Positions 48,101-61,100 of a DNA stretch of 64,000 bases are shown here, in pieces; positions within the stretch are counted from its first letter, which is position 1; the number at the start of each line of letters is the position of its first letter. The position numbers and the translations under genes were made by a program. This stretch comes from Azolla caroliniana (taxonomy: Eukaryota; Plantae; Polypodiophyta): contig JBHGNT010000011.1 in assembly GCA_043228905.1 (NCBI GenBank), positions 806,001 through 870,000 on the forward strand. The letters are read 5' to 3'. The notes beneath the pieces are model-generated. The model was not told the origin of the DNA, searched no databases, and saw only the letters and a list, made by a program, of their open reading frames with translations.

Positions 48101-50373
48101 GTGTGCACAAAGATGTTTTGAGGATGTGCCTATGAATGCTCAAAGTAATGGTATAGTTTTTGGAAATTATCGGATGTTAATAGTTGTGTAGAATTTTTAT
48201 AAAGAATAAGATTGAGATATGTTATCTTCAGGGGAGAGGGTATCTTTGTATGTCGGCCTTTTGGACTTCTAGAAGCTTATTAAGAATAAGACTAAGGTAT
48301 GCTATCTTCAGGGAATAGATTATCTTTGCACTTCAGTATTTTAAACTTCTAATCATCATAGTATCATTTTGGTTAATGCATAATCACATCTTAGAGTCAA
48401 GAACCTTTTCTATTTTCCTTACAATGCAGCAAGTCTATCAAAGATAGATAGTTATTCTTTGGTGATAGTGATGATGATGAGAAGGAGCTTTCAGGAGAGT
48501 TCAAAACATCCACTTCCGAGTTTTGGCACTATGTACTACTTTCTAAATGTGGCTTAGTCTTATATTTATTTAGTTTCTCAGGTTTTATGTTTTTAATTAT
48601 TTTATTACTATCTATTTTGGTCTAGGGTGCTACTGCGATTGACATGATATTGTGGGAATTTTCTATACTGTATACTGAATCATATGTCCTCCACATGGGG
48701 CCTTTCTAATCACTGCTGTGTATAGTGGATACCAGAGTTTAAAAGTGTGTTTATTGCAAGCTGAGGTTTTCTTAATTTATGTTCTACTTGAGATTGTTTT
48801 CTTGGACAAGCTTATGTATTAGAAAATATAACATTGAATATGATTTTGAAAGCTTCTTATCTACAGAATACCGCCAATATGCTGCATAGCAAGACCAAGA
48901 TGAATGACAACATTCTGGATGCTGAATTACTTAAGGATGAGGCAGGTGAAGCACTTTCAGACAATGATGCGTCTGTAGATGTACAAAGGGAGCTACCTCC
49001 ATTTACTTCCTCTGTATTATCCGCATCCTCAGGTCAAAGTGATAGAGAGGCACCAATGCCTCCTGTGGCGCTTGCACCTCTGATGCATTCAACTACGAAG
49101 TAAGCATCTCATTAGAATTCAGTATCAACAAATTGGTTTTGTTGCTCTTATAGCCTATTTTTAAAGCCTCCCTGGTCACTCGCACAGGTCATGTGATGTG
49201 TCAAAACTATTGGTTGACTTAGTTACTACTGGTGCTGTTCTGGCTAATAAAAAAGGGAAGATCTTAGAGCTTAGGCAGAATTCACAAGAGTCTCCCTATG
49301 TTGCTGCAGTAGATGAATCAGCATTACTGCAGGCATTCAGTAATTTATTAGAAGGTTCTTTGCAACATATTTTACCTGGTGGATGGGTCAAGGTAGAATT
49401 GATGCGTGCACCAGGAGGAGGAGTGCTTGTTGTCATCGATAATAATGGACCGGACTTAAGTTTGATGGCAAGTACCAACTCCTGCAATGGATGATTTATA
49501 TTGTGTATTTTACAGTATCTCAATCCCTATTTGATAAAGAATAGTAGCAATAAAAGTATACTGAAAGGGGTTGGCGTTTTTTTAGTGACTAATGTTTTGT
49601 GAAAGAATACTACTACCCATCCTAACAAGAATATACAGACTGCCTGATTCTCCTTGTGCTAGGGATATCCCACTTTTCAGTGCGAGCGATCTGCAAATAG
49701 AGAAATGATTCATCTGGCAAATCTTTGGTTTTAGTAGATGACCAATTCCTACTAAAGTTCATAGCCTGCAAAGTTCCTTATTTTGATAAAGATTTTAAGA
49801 ATTGTTTCAAATTGAAAGATCTGTATATTTGTAAACATTTGCAAGAGTCAACATGTGAGGCAGCTTTTAGATATGTCCAGATTACAACTGTGTGCCTCAA
49901 ATTTTCTAAACATTCTCTTAGATTTCCATCTAATAGTATGCTTGGATATTTTGTGAATTTGCATAAAGATGGCGCAAAGCTGTGAAGAGCAGTATTGATT
50001 ATGAAACAAAGATAATCTGTTCAACCAAAGTTCATGTTCTACTCTTCACATTTGATGTGATTTTGTTTTTTGGACATATTTTCAAATAATTGACACATGT
50101 TGCATTTTTTTTTGTGTGTGCATGGTTCAGTCACAGGCTCAAGCACTTGCTCCATGGGGTTCAGGTCTACAAGTTGGTGGAAAGGGGAAGGCTGCAAGAG
50201 TTATTCTGGATAATGGTACGGAATTTACAGTAGCAAGAGATATCCTTGAACAATATGGTGGTGTTCTTAGGATAACATCGCCTTACTTACCTAACGCACC
50301 CCGTGGTATGGGTGGTACACGATTGGAAGTATGGCTGCCCTGTCCCCTCATAATAAGAGAATCAGAATTGTGA
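42136..50373 (+). CDS. CSK: Chloroplast sensor kinase (Hik2 homologue), ~10 exons, ~634 aa
   Basis: Exons 42136-42286, 45751-46028, 46237-46407, 46492-46812, 47022-47087, 47707-47775, 47873-47965, 48867-49099, 49188-49467 (GC donor), 50131-50373 are phase-consistent. Motifs SSANAIVAAI, VYIRPAESY, LVLPMVKDFFLVGMLVAE, AIASVMDQRA, EKVRGPLAAIRTLGKML, ALLQAFSNLLEG, GGTRLEVWLP. Confidence 0.9.
42940..45013 (+). mobile_element. 5'-truncated, decayed LINE (RTE/L2-like RT) in CSK intron 1
   Basis: Fragments FVDF.KAFD, VKQGCPISHTLFCLYID, YTYLGV, LLYGVETW, C-terminal RICQLCH...EEHYVC; ends in (TTTC)n. Confidence 0.8.
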
Positions 50374-52111
50374 GTCCTTCCTAGGATGTTCTTAGAAGCA
50401 AAATTTTGCTTTCCTACCAAATGTCACAAAAGGTCCTTTGTTTGGGGCAATGAAGGTGAGATATGGCCCTTCGTTGAGGTTATGTATGAGCATGTGGTCT
50501 TCGGTTCTTCTAACATCGAGCTGGGAAACTTATTGTACAAAAGTGCGCTAATCCTGAGATCGATCTCAAAGTAAATAATTCAATTATAAGTAAGTAACAC
50601 ATCTTCATGTAAAACTTTGGTAATTATATCCCTATCAGGTAATTAATGATGCAAATACATAGAATTAGTTCAATTTGGTGAGTTCGTACATTGAGGAGTG
50701 ATATTGACCAACCCCCACCCTTAAACATATACAACATGTATGTATGATTTGGATATCTATTTAGTTTGCTCCATAACAAATTCCTATTTGAATACCAGAT
50801 TGCCGTTGATTATGTAAGTGTGCATAAGTTAAAACTGTGGAGTGTTGCTGTTGATTACCTACTCATGGGTCTCCTAAGATATCCCTACTAAGTCAATTAT
50901 ATATTGGATGTATGAGTTGCAGCTATCTATAATTCCTAGTATTGGATGTGGAATGCATTTAAGTTTTGTAATCTCGAATACTCATCACAAATTTCGATAG
51001 GTTCTCACCACAATTGCATTAGAGCCATTGACATTACTCCAATGAATACAATTGGGTGAGGCAAGGTAGGATAAGTCCATCTAATTCATCCTTGAATAAT
51101 GAATTCGTTGGAAAATTGATTTTATTGAAAAAGGTGAACCTTGCATGCATGCGGAAGGAAGATGGGTCATGGGTGGAAAATAAGAAAAGTGCAACCTTCT
51201 TGATTCTCAAGTCTCGAACTTTTGCAAGGACTTACGAAATTGGCATAAATGTAATCAGTCTTTGATATTAGATTAAACGAAGAGCCACACTTCCCTCACA
51301 TAGAATGGCAAAGAATAGAAAATTCTTGTCTCATGTCCCATAAATGTAGGGCAATATTTCATTGGTCAGTTGTTGAAGGCGAAAGATGATGTTTTTTAAG
51401 TTAATCCAAAGTGGAATGAGGATGTGGTGGTTTGCGACTTCATTGACTGGATTCTTACAAGGATTTTCTTGCATACCGAACTATTCACACCTATACGCTT
51501 GAACCCCACAATCGATTGTTCTAGTTGAATTGTGGCGATAACGTATTTTGATCGTGCTAGAAATGTTTTCTACCTTGACTCCAGCCATTCCACTCACATT
51601 GAGACATCATGCTATATTGCTATATTGCATCTTCAAATGCTCAACGTCCGATAAGTTGACAACTTTGGAGTTACAGATCTCTTCAGGACGATGCATTTCA
51701 GCCGAAAGCAAGTGCCATCCACGTGAAGCCTACGAGTGTGTGTAGTGGTCAAATCGATAGACTTTGGAAATCTTCTCCAATGTCAGTTCGGCGAGCGAGC
51801 GTGTGTGCTCGATGCGATTGAGCAGTGGCATGGGCGGGCATTTGGTTGAGGCCGGATTGAGGGTTGGGCGGGCCAGAGATGATTCCGAGTCCACGGGTTT
51901 TGGGCACATGCCAATGTTTATGCAAGTACATGCATACACTCTGGGTCCCAAGGGCATCCATGGAATTTCACATAGTTGATATGCTAACAACTTCCTTCCT
52001 TGCTCATACATGCATGCATTCCTATCCTCTCACAAACCTCACTTGGAAGCTTCTGCTTGATTAGGGTTTAGGGTTTTTGCTTCTTGCTCCTTGTTGTCGG
52101 AGGAAGTAGAG

Positions 52112-55100
52112 ATGGAGGAAGCGCAATACCAAGAGTCCCTGAGAATCAAAGCCCAAGTTGTCGTTGGAATGATCGAAAATCGAGCCAAGGAGGTATAAGA
52201 AAGAAAAAACCACTACTCTCCTCACGCCAGATGATCTGATTTTTTGTTGGAGGATTGCATCGTCTCGTGATCTTTGTTTCTTCAATGACCACATTTCATC
52301 TTCTGTTGTTCGTTTTTTAATGTTCTTTGACGCCATTTCATGGTCTATTGTTTGTTAGTTGATGATATTTCATGATAGCAATTTATGATCTTTGTTTGTA
52401 TATTTATCAACATTCCATCATCTTTTGTTTGTTTTGGTAAGAGTTTATGATCTTTGTTTGTAAACTCAATTACAATTCAAGATCATGTTGTTCTGTTCCT
52501 TTTAAGAGCATTCAATGTCCATTTGCTTGTTTTGGGAACATTTTATGATATTCTTTTGTATGCTTATCAGCATTTCACGATCTTTGTCATTCCTTTTAAT
52601 AACATCTCATGATATTTGTTTGTTTTGGCAACAATTTGTGATATTCTTTTGTAGGTTTAGCAGCATTTCATTATCTTGGTCATTCCTTCTAACGACATCT
52701 CATGATTTTTTATTGTTTTTATGGCATTTTGTGGTCTTTGAATTTCATGTTTCATGTGTTTGACAACTTGTCTGCATGATCTTTTTTTGTTTTGATTTCG
52801 TGATCTGTTGTTTGTAGTTTGATAACATTTCCTGATCTTTGAATACTCTAAAATCAAATGATGATCCATGTTTCTTTAAAATGATCACAAATCTATTAAG
52901 TAATTTTCGCTTTGTAAGTGACATGAAGTTTCTTGCATTCTTGACATAGATGTAATTTATGTACGTAGCTCTTCCTTCCTTGACATAAGAATAACATATG
53001 TTTGTAGATTTCTTTCAAATGATGATCCATGTTTCTTTAAAATGATCACAAATCTATTAAGTAATTTTCGCTTTGTAAGTGACATGAAGTTTCTTGCATT
53101 CTTGACATAGATGTAATTTATGTACGTAGCTCTTCCTTCCTTGACATAAGAATAACATATGTTTGTAGATTCCTTAAACTTGAGGTAATCTCAAGATGCC
53201 ATGTTTGTAGATGTCTTAAACCAGAGGTAATCTGGGCATAGAGGTCTTCTGAATTGGACATGAGAATTGAATCTCTTCTCCTTTCTCAATACACAGAGAT
53301 CAGAAGTCTAATGGTTATTTGACAAAATTTCACGATCTTTGTTTCTTTAATTACTGCTGATGCTGATGTGTTTAAAGCATAGTTGACAATGAAGTTTGTA
53401 CATGGATAACAATCTTTCCAAGTAGTTCTTGCTGCAATTGACATGAGAGTAGCATCTCTTCATTGTTCTCAGTACATAGAGATCAGAGACTTATTGTTTT
53501 TTTATTACATTTCCTGATCGTTGACTCTCTAAAAGAACCACATTTCGCTGATTTCATCTCTTTGTATGTGGTAATGACGTCTTTGACATGAAATGTTTTG
53601 CGTTCTTACCAGTGAGGTAATCTAAGAAGGTAGGTGTTTTTTGTGAATTTGACATGAGAACATCATCGTTTCATTTGTTTCAATATGTAGAGATGACAGA
53701 TCCTTTGTTTTTTTTGAACACATTTCATGATCTTAGACTTCTATCACTATATTTTGTGATCTTTGTTTCTTTAGGATTGGACGACCTTCCATGGATCATT
53801 CCATCTCTTTGCATGTGGTAACATCATCTTTTTGACACGAGGTTTCATGCATTCTTAATGCAGAGATAATCTATGCAGGTGGGTCTTGCAGCATTTGACA
53901 TGAGAACTGCATCTCTTCATTTGTCTCAATATATTGAAACAAGTCGTTCTTACATGAGCACTTTAACTCTCCTTCATTTCTTCGATCCTGTGGAGATCAT
54001 TGTACCCCCTACTTGCAGTGTCCCACATGGTATTGCATGCGTATTCGAACATTTCAAGCAAAGCGAAGCTAGAAAAGTAATATATATATCAAAGACTTTT
54101 CTCATCTGGCCATTTGATTTTAATTCAAGAACTACCATTTGAATGTGTTATGCAATACAGATAATTTTGGCAAGAGGATGTTTTGATGATACCAAGGTAA
54201 CAAGTTTGAGCCTAATTCTTATGTTAATATATTAACAGAAGCTCTTTCTACAAATGGATAATACCTGTTTAGTTATGCAGTATAACTGTATACCAAACCA
54301 TTCCATTCCACAGTTTATATATAAATGATGTTTCTCGTGCTTTAGGGTGCTTTGATGGTCAAGAGTCTTGCAGCTAGAGAACCATCTGTGCTTGATAACT
54401 ATTATAAACAATATTATCTTTGTCTGGGAGCTGCAGCTGCAGTGATAAAGTGGTTTGTTTAGTAAATGACAAATTTTGTGAACTTATGCTAACATAAAAA
54501 AGAACCGATTGATTCTTCATTGTATTTGATTCCATTTGTCAATTTCGTTTTCAGGATAGAAAATGAGAAAGGAGTCATTATAACTCGTCACTCTCTCCAG
54601 GTGGGGGAATTAAGCATTTTCCTAATGTATAAACTGTGGAATGAGTTATTCTGTTTCTTCCAGGTGGCTGCGCCTTCAGTAATCATTTACAATGCGAGAT
54701 TCTGAAGTTTGATGAAAATATACTTTCACTCCTATACAGGTTACTTTCAATGGATCAGCTGATCACATGAGTATCGATTCAACAAGGCATATATAATTCC
54801 CCCTTTTCCACGTGATTTTCAAAATTAAAGTTATACCAAAAAGTCTCATATTGAAACTCTCTGGACTTCCTTGGGTTTCAGTGTGCAGAATTTGGAAGTA
54901 ATTGAACCCCTTTTGCCAGCAACAGGTCTGCTCAATAAGAAGCACAGCAGTCTTTTCCGAATAATGAATACTACAAAAACCATTGGCGGGTATAGAAACC
55001 TAGACTCCCTTTTTCATCCAATATTGTACAAGGTACTGCGCATGTTTTTCTATCTTCATGGTCTTCATGGTTCTGAGGGTAAAGCATATCCCCATCCTAG

Positions 55101-58100
55101 AAATTATTGGTTTGGAATTTGTGTATTTGTTTATTAGTTTCTTCTGTGGAATGATAAATTGAAGTGGATTCTAGTATGAGACAATGATTGTTTGATTCTT
55201 ATATGTACTTAAAATTTCATTCCAGTTGAATTCTGAAGATGTTTTATAATTCATGTTTTTGACTTGTTCTTTTCTTGCACATTATTCAGATCAAGGCTTC
55301 TAAGAGCTAATCTTCTTCAACCACTAAAAGATGTTACAACTATAAACACTCGCCTTGATTGTCTGGTATGGTTTGCCATGACAACGTTTTGCATATATTT
55401 GAGTTTAAGAATTTTAATCTTTAAAGCTACCATGCAATGTATTGTCTGGCTGTAAAATGTATGTGTATTTTTATTTCTCCATGGTTGGTTTGTTCTCGAA
55501 ATCAGAGATGTGATGAACATGGCTAGTTATTTTTACGACTAGGGCAGCATTTTCTAATCTTTGGTTGACCATGTCTCTCCCTAACAGTTCTATACAGTAG
55601 ATATAAAGTAATGCTAAATCAAAAAACATTTAATACACAAAAAAGAATGTTTATCCCTTTCTACTGAATGGAACATGTTGCTAAAATGGAATGTTGCACT
55701 ACCTATCAAGTTTGGAAGACTGATTTAAAATGGATTATAAGTAATTTGCATTGACAATGTTATATTGCAAAGAGTCACCATAAAGGGATATATACTAAAG
55801 TTATGGAGCATGGATGGGATACCCAAAATAAGCAATCAAATAATTTAAACTTAATGTCCGCAAATTTAGAATTAACATCAAATAATTTGGAATTAATATC
55901 AAAATAATTTAGAATTACCATCAAATAATGTAGAATTAATATGTGATCATTTAGGCTTAATGTCTAATAATTTAGAATTACAATAAAATAATGTAGAATT
56001 AATATCTGGTAATTTAGAATTAATGTCTAATAATTTAGAATTAACATTAAATAATTTAGAATTAATATCTAAGAATTTAAAGTTAACACCCAATAATTTA
56101 GACTTAATGTCTAATAAATTAGAATTAACACCTAATAATTTAGACTTGACATCAAAGAATTGAGTTACATAAAGTGAGGTTATTGTTTTTGATCAAACAC
56201 AGCGGACAGCTGTGGACTGTGTGACAATGCTTTGTAAAAGCGACCATCACCTATGAGTTATAATTCAGTAAGCCCCTGTAGGGATGTGATTTAGGACATG
56301 GCATTGTTTGCGTGCCCCTATTGGTAAATAATTACTGGATTGTAGTAAACTCAACATGTCAACAAGGTAAATCCAATAGATGTGAAAAAGATAAGGAAAT
56401 AACTCACGTTGATTTGAATCATAGAGTGGTAAATTCGATGGTTCATATTTGGGAGAAAGTGACATTTAGACCTTGCTCTCAGAAGAAAATGACGATGCTT
56501 TGTAAAAGCAACACCTATGCTCTGTAATTGAGGAGGGCCCCTGTAGGGATGCGATTTAGCACACAGCATTGTTTGTGTGCCCCTATCGGTAAATGATCAC
56601 TGGATTATATAGCACAGGGTCACTTTTTCTTGTAATAAACTCAACATGCCAACAAGGTAAATCCAATAGATGTGAAGAAGATAAGGAAATAATTCACGTT
56701 GATTTGATGTAAGGAAATAATTCAAATAATTCATATTTGGGAGAAAGTGACATGTAGACCTTGCTTTCGGAAGAATAAAGATGTAATCTCCACTTAACTC
56801 ACGTTGCATGCCTGATATTCTCAATTCCTCCTTCATTGATTCAATTGAAACTTTTTTTCTTTATTCCTTTGTTATTAATATCCTTTTTTCTAGCTGAAAT
56901 TTCTTTCCCCAACCACTATTGTGGGTAATATGTCCTTAATGCCATCGTTGGTTTCACATCATTTATGAAGGAGGAGATGACAATGAACGAGAAACTGTTC
57001 TTTGGACTTTCTAAAGCACTCATGAAGTTTCCAAAAGATATTGGTAAACACAGTCAAAATGGATCCTACATATGTATTCATAAAGAGTCTCTGCGTAGAC
57101 TTATTGAGAGCATTTTTCTTTTCTGAAATCTAAATATCATTAAAGATCGGATCCTCTGTCACTTCTGCTTTCGGCAAAAGAAAACCGTAGACAGCATATC
57201 AGATTCCTCTGGTTCTAAAAGGAGTCAAGCCCTTATTTCTTCTATTATTCTGCTTAAGCAAGCAATTGCAATTCTTCCTGCTCTTACAGAGGTAAAACAT
57301 CAAATTTAGAAATATAGCAATCTGTCTTGAATGCTTTACGACTGACAAAATTCAGCTGGGATTTCAGGTTCTGAAACTGGGCAAATCTGTGCTTCTGTCT
57401 GACATCAGAGAAGCTGTTTGTGAGAATCCAAAATTTGACATCTTACAGAAGAGGTTTCTGCACTTCCTCGACTAAAACACGGAACCAAATATTAAAGATA
57501 ATAAAGTCCTTGATCTTTGTAAAATTCAGTTACCAATTCTTTATCTGCCATTTTTAGCTCGCATGACATTCAAAGTTATATGTTATCTGTTTCGGACAAT
57601 GATTAAGTGATAAATCCAAGAACGTCATTTGCTTTTTGTGTTGAATGAGGACTGGAGAGTTTTGTAGAACTTTCAGATATATAGGCAGATGGTGTGTATA
57701 AACCTGGGGTTTTGTTTGTGAATGTTTTATCTAATGATGTATTCTGTGCAAGTATGCAATGTTGACCTACATACAATTTGAAGAATCTGCAATGTGAGCA
57801 AAGTGATGATGCTTGAAGGCATACATTGCTGCCTAAATGGTTTCATCTCCAATTCAACCAAAATAAAACTAATGCAATCCTCTTTTCAGAATCAAGGAGG
57901 TTATTGATGATGATGTACTACATGCAAGAGCACCATTTGTTGCACGGACACAACAATGCTTTGCCCTGAAGTCTGGGATTGATGGATTTCTTGATATTGC
58001 AAGGAAGGCATTTTGTGAAACTAGTGAAGGTAAATGAAAATAAGTAATTATATCAGCTACTTGGATACATGTTCTTTTACAAAAGTACTTAATTTGTAGT

Positions 58101-61100
58101 CTGAGTACTTCAGCAATACATTCGTTGGGAAAGAAGTATAGAGATACAATGGGTTTCTTGAATCTGAAGATGCCTTTCAATAGCAGAAGGGGATTCTATA
58201 TAACTATACCAGAAAAAGATACAGTTGAAAAAGGGCTTCCAAGATTATTTGTTCAGGTATATTTTTTAGGATTCATGAAATAATAATATAAAAACACTTA
58301 ATGGGTCTTGACAGACTACGAGTAAAGGTATGAAACTACTGATTGGTTGCTGTCACCTGACTTACCTGACATGGAAAGATTAAAATAATTCTAATTTTAA
58401 TTTTTGAGATCTATAGTGTCAATGTCCAAACAAGCAGATGGTATTAGCAAAACTCTTGATGATTAAACAATTGTAGAAGAGGTCACTTACACCTTTCCCA
58501 TTTCCCTTAAATAGTGTACAGATGATGTCAGGTCAGCATGGTGCGTTGCAGTCCATTTCTTCTATTTGCTAGTAGAGCAGAAATATTCTGACTGCAGATT
58601 AATTCAATTTCTCTGATGATAAAATGTGAGTGGTTCCGTTTTGTATGAAGAATGGCCAATCTTTCTAAGTGAAAACAATATGTTTCAGCTGAAGGCACAC
58701 ATGAGTTGAGCTATTAGAAAAGCAGAAACTGATCTTCCAGGAACTCAAGAAAACAAAACTCTGGTTATTTTGAGTGGTAAATTTAGCCTATGAGCAGTAC
58801 ATTTATTCCTGGGAATGATTTGTTGGGAGTATACCTAGTGATTCCATAGAGACAGATTTGTTGGTCAGATACACATACAGGAAATCACATCATCATCAAT
58901 TGCTTCCAACATTGCCTGTGGGACTGGAATAGGAGATACCATCGTCTAGATGCTGGTGGGGATAATTTTGGATTGATGTCAAGTGACTATTACCGTTGTA
59001 TCACATAGTACATTAGGGAAAATTCTGAAATACCCGGAGTTCTCATTGTTTCCCTAATCACCCCTAAGTACTACGTGAAAGGCAATGAATCAAAAGATAT
59101 AGAAAGGCAATGAATCAAACATACAATTACTCACTCACACATGCAATTGAAGAGGGACAAATTGACCTTACTATTGCTCACATTGCACATGTAATTATGC
59201 GAATATATCAAGCAGGGCATTTGGGGACACCATTTTGTGGGGCATTGTTAATACTGGTGGGTTTACTAGGGTACTGTTTTTATATGAGTCTACAGCCCTT
59301 CCAGTTCTTTTGCATGGGTGGGATATCAGGTGACATAATGTCATTATAACTCTTTTGGGTTTTATCAGCCACTTGGAGACATCAAAATTTTAATTTATAT
59401 ATATATTTTCTCACTTTTATGGGTACTAGTTATTGTGTTATTGTAAAAAGATCAGGCGTTGAATCCATGCAGAATGAGTGTAATCAACTCTTTGTTCTCA
59501 AAGATGAGAACATTTTTAAAATGCAATATCCTGTTTGGACTCTTAGGCCATTTGGCCTTGTAACAGATGACAATATTATCTTTCGTTCTTTCTTCTTTCT
59601 ATGATAAATGGCAAGATCATTACAAAGGCTTCAAACTGTTCTGATAAACCAAGTCTAGTTGTTAAGTAGCACACAACCAGTTTTGGCCAATATTATGCTT
59701 CTTATGCATTGTCCTTGGACTTCGTAAGAACTGGTTGGGTAAATTAATACGAAAGTTTTGCTCACCCAGAGAAACATTATTTTATTTTTAATCGCCTACA
59801 TCTCAATGAGACTGTTCCACAGCAAACTAAATATAGGTTACACATTGCAGAACATACAATAAATAAAAATAAAAGAAACATCTATTATTAATACAAATGT
59901 ATATTAAGAAAAAGCAGAACACTGTTGCCTGTACAATGCTAGCATCCACTGAAATACTTGCAAGGTCATGTATTTTGGCCCTAATGCTTGTTAAAACACA
60001 TGGATTAGTATTATAGGAGTTCCAATGGATAAATACTTGCAGACAGCTGCTTACCCTTAAAGAGTGTGGAGTCCACATGATGGGCTGTGGCTGACTACTT
60101 TCCAGATTGGAATGCCCTATAACAGAGTGATTAAAAATCTCCTAAAATTGATTGAAACAGTGGTGCAATATTTTCCGTGATACCTTGAGCACACTTTAAA
60201 AAGCTACTTGTAACAAAAGTCTAAGGCTTCTGCCCTAGGATCATACTTCTCAAGTTGTGAATGCTAATAAAGCACATGATTGATGTTTGGATCAATGATT
60301 GATGATTCTATTTAACATCCAAATATTCTGTTGCCTGTACAATGCTAGGATCCACTGAAATACTTACAAGATCATGCATTTTGGCCCTAATACTTGTAAA
60401 AGCATATGGATTAGCATTGCATGTTGTCCATAGGATAGTACTTCCAGACAGCTGCTTACCATTAAAGAGTGTGGAGTCCAAATGATGAGCTGCTGCTGAT
60501 ACCTTCCAGCTTGGAATGCACTATAAGAGAAAGAAAGAAAGATATATTAACGTCTTCTAAGGCCAAAATTGGCCCATGAGACAATTGCTTTACAACAAAA
60601 TGAGTATTTATCTAATCATCATAACAAATCTTCAAAAATTCACTGAAAGTGATACAATTTTCCCCAATATCATGAGCAAACTTTAAAAATCTGTTCGTAA
60701 CAGAAGTCTGACGCTCCTGTTCTAAGATCATATCTCTCAAGTCGTGAATGCTTATAAAGCTTTACGTTGAATGTTTGGATTAATGATTGATGTTTTTATT
60801 TAACATCCAAATATCTAAATTGAAATTTCTGTGCGCATAAAATTCTGTGTGCTGGTAAGTTACCCACTCTTACTCTCTTTTTTGTTCCCTTTCAGGTAAC
60901 CAAACAAGGAAAAAATATTCATTGCTCAACCCAGGAATTAATCTCTGTGAGTCTCTGGTTCAAATCAAAGATTAAAGTATCAAAATCACCTCCAGAGGTA
61001 GAGTTCAGTCACATGTGGAGATCTGTTTTTGATGGAGACAGTTGAATATAAGGAATAAAGAAGCTGCAGCAGAATGCTATCGTAGGACAGAAATTTGTTT

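Noticed and set aside
48430-48532. Possible extra CSK exon
   Set aside because: The obvious acceptor gives an in-frame stop, and the flanking exons already join in phase without it.
51280-52011. Short ORFs between CSK and MSH4
   Set aside because: No coherent domain or exon structure; probably decayed transposon or promoter sequence.
55840-56160. CRISPR-like periodic array
   Set aside because: Eukaryotic intron; head-to-tail degenerate units with no unique spacers and no cas genes.
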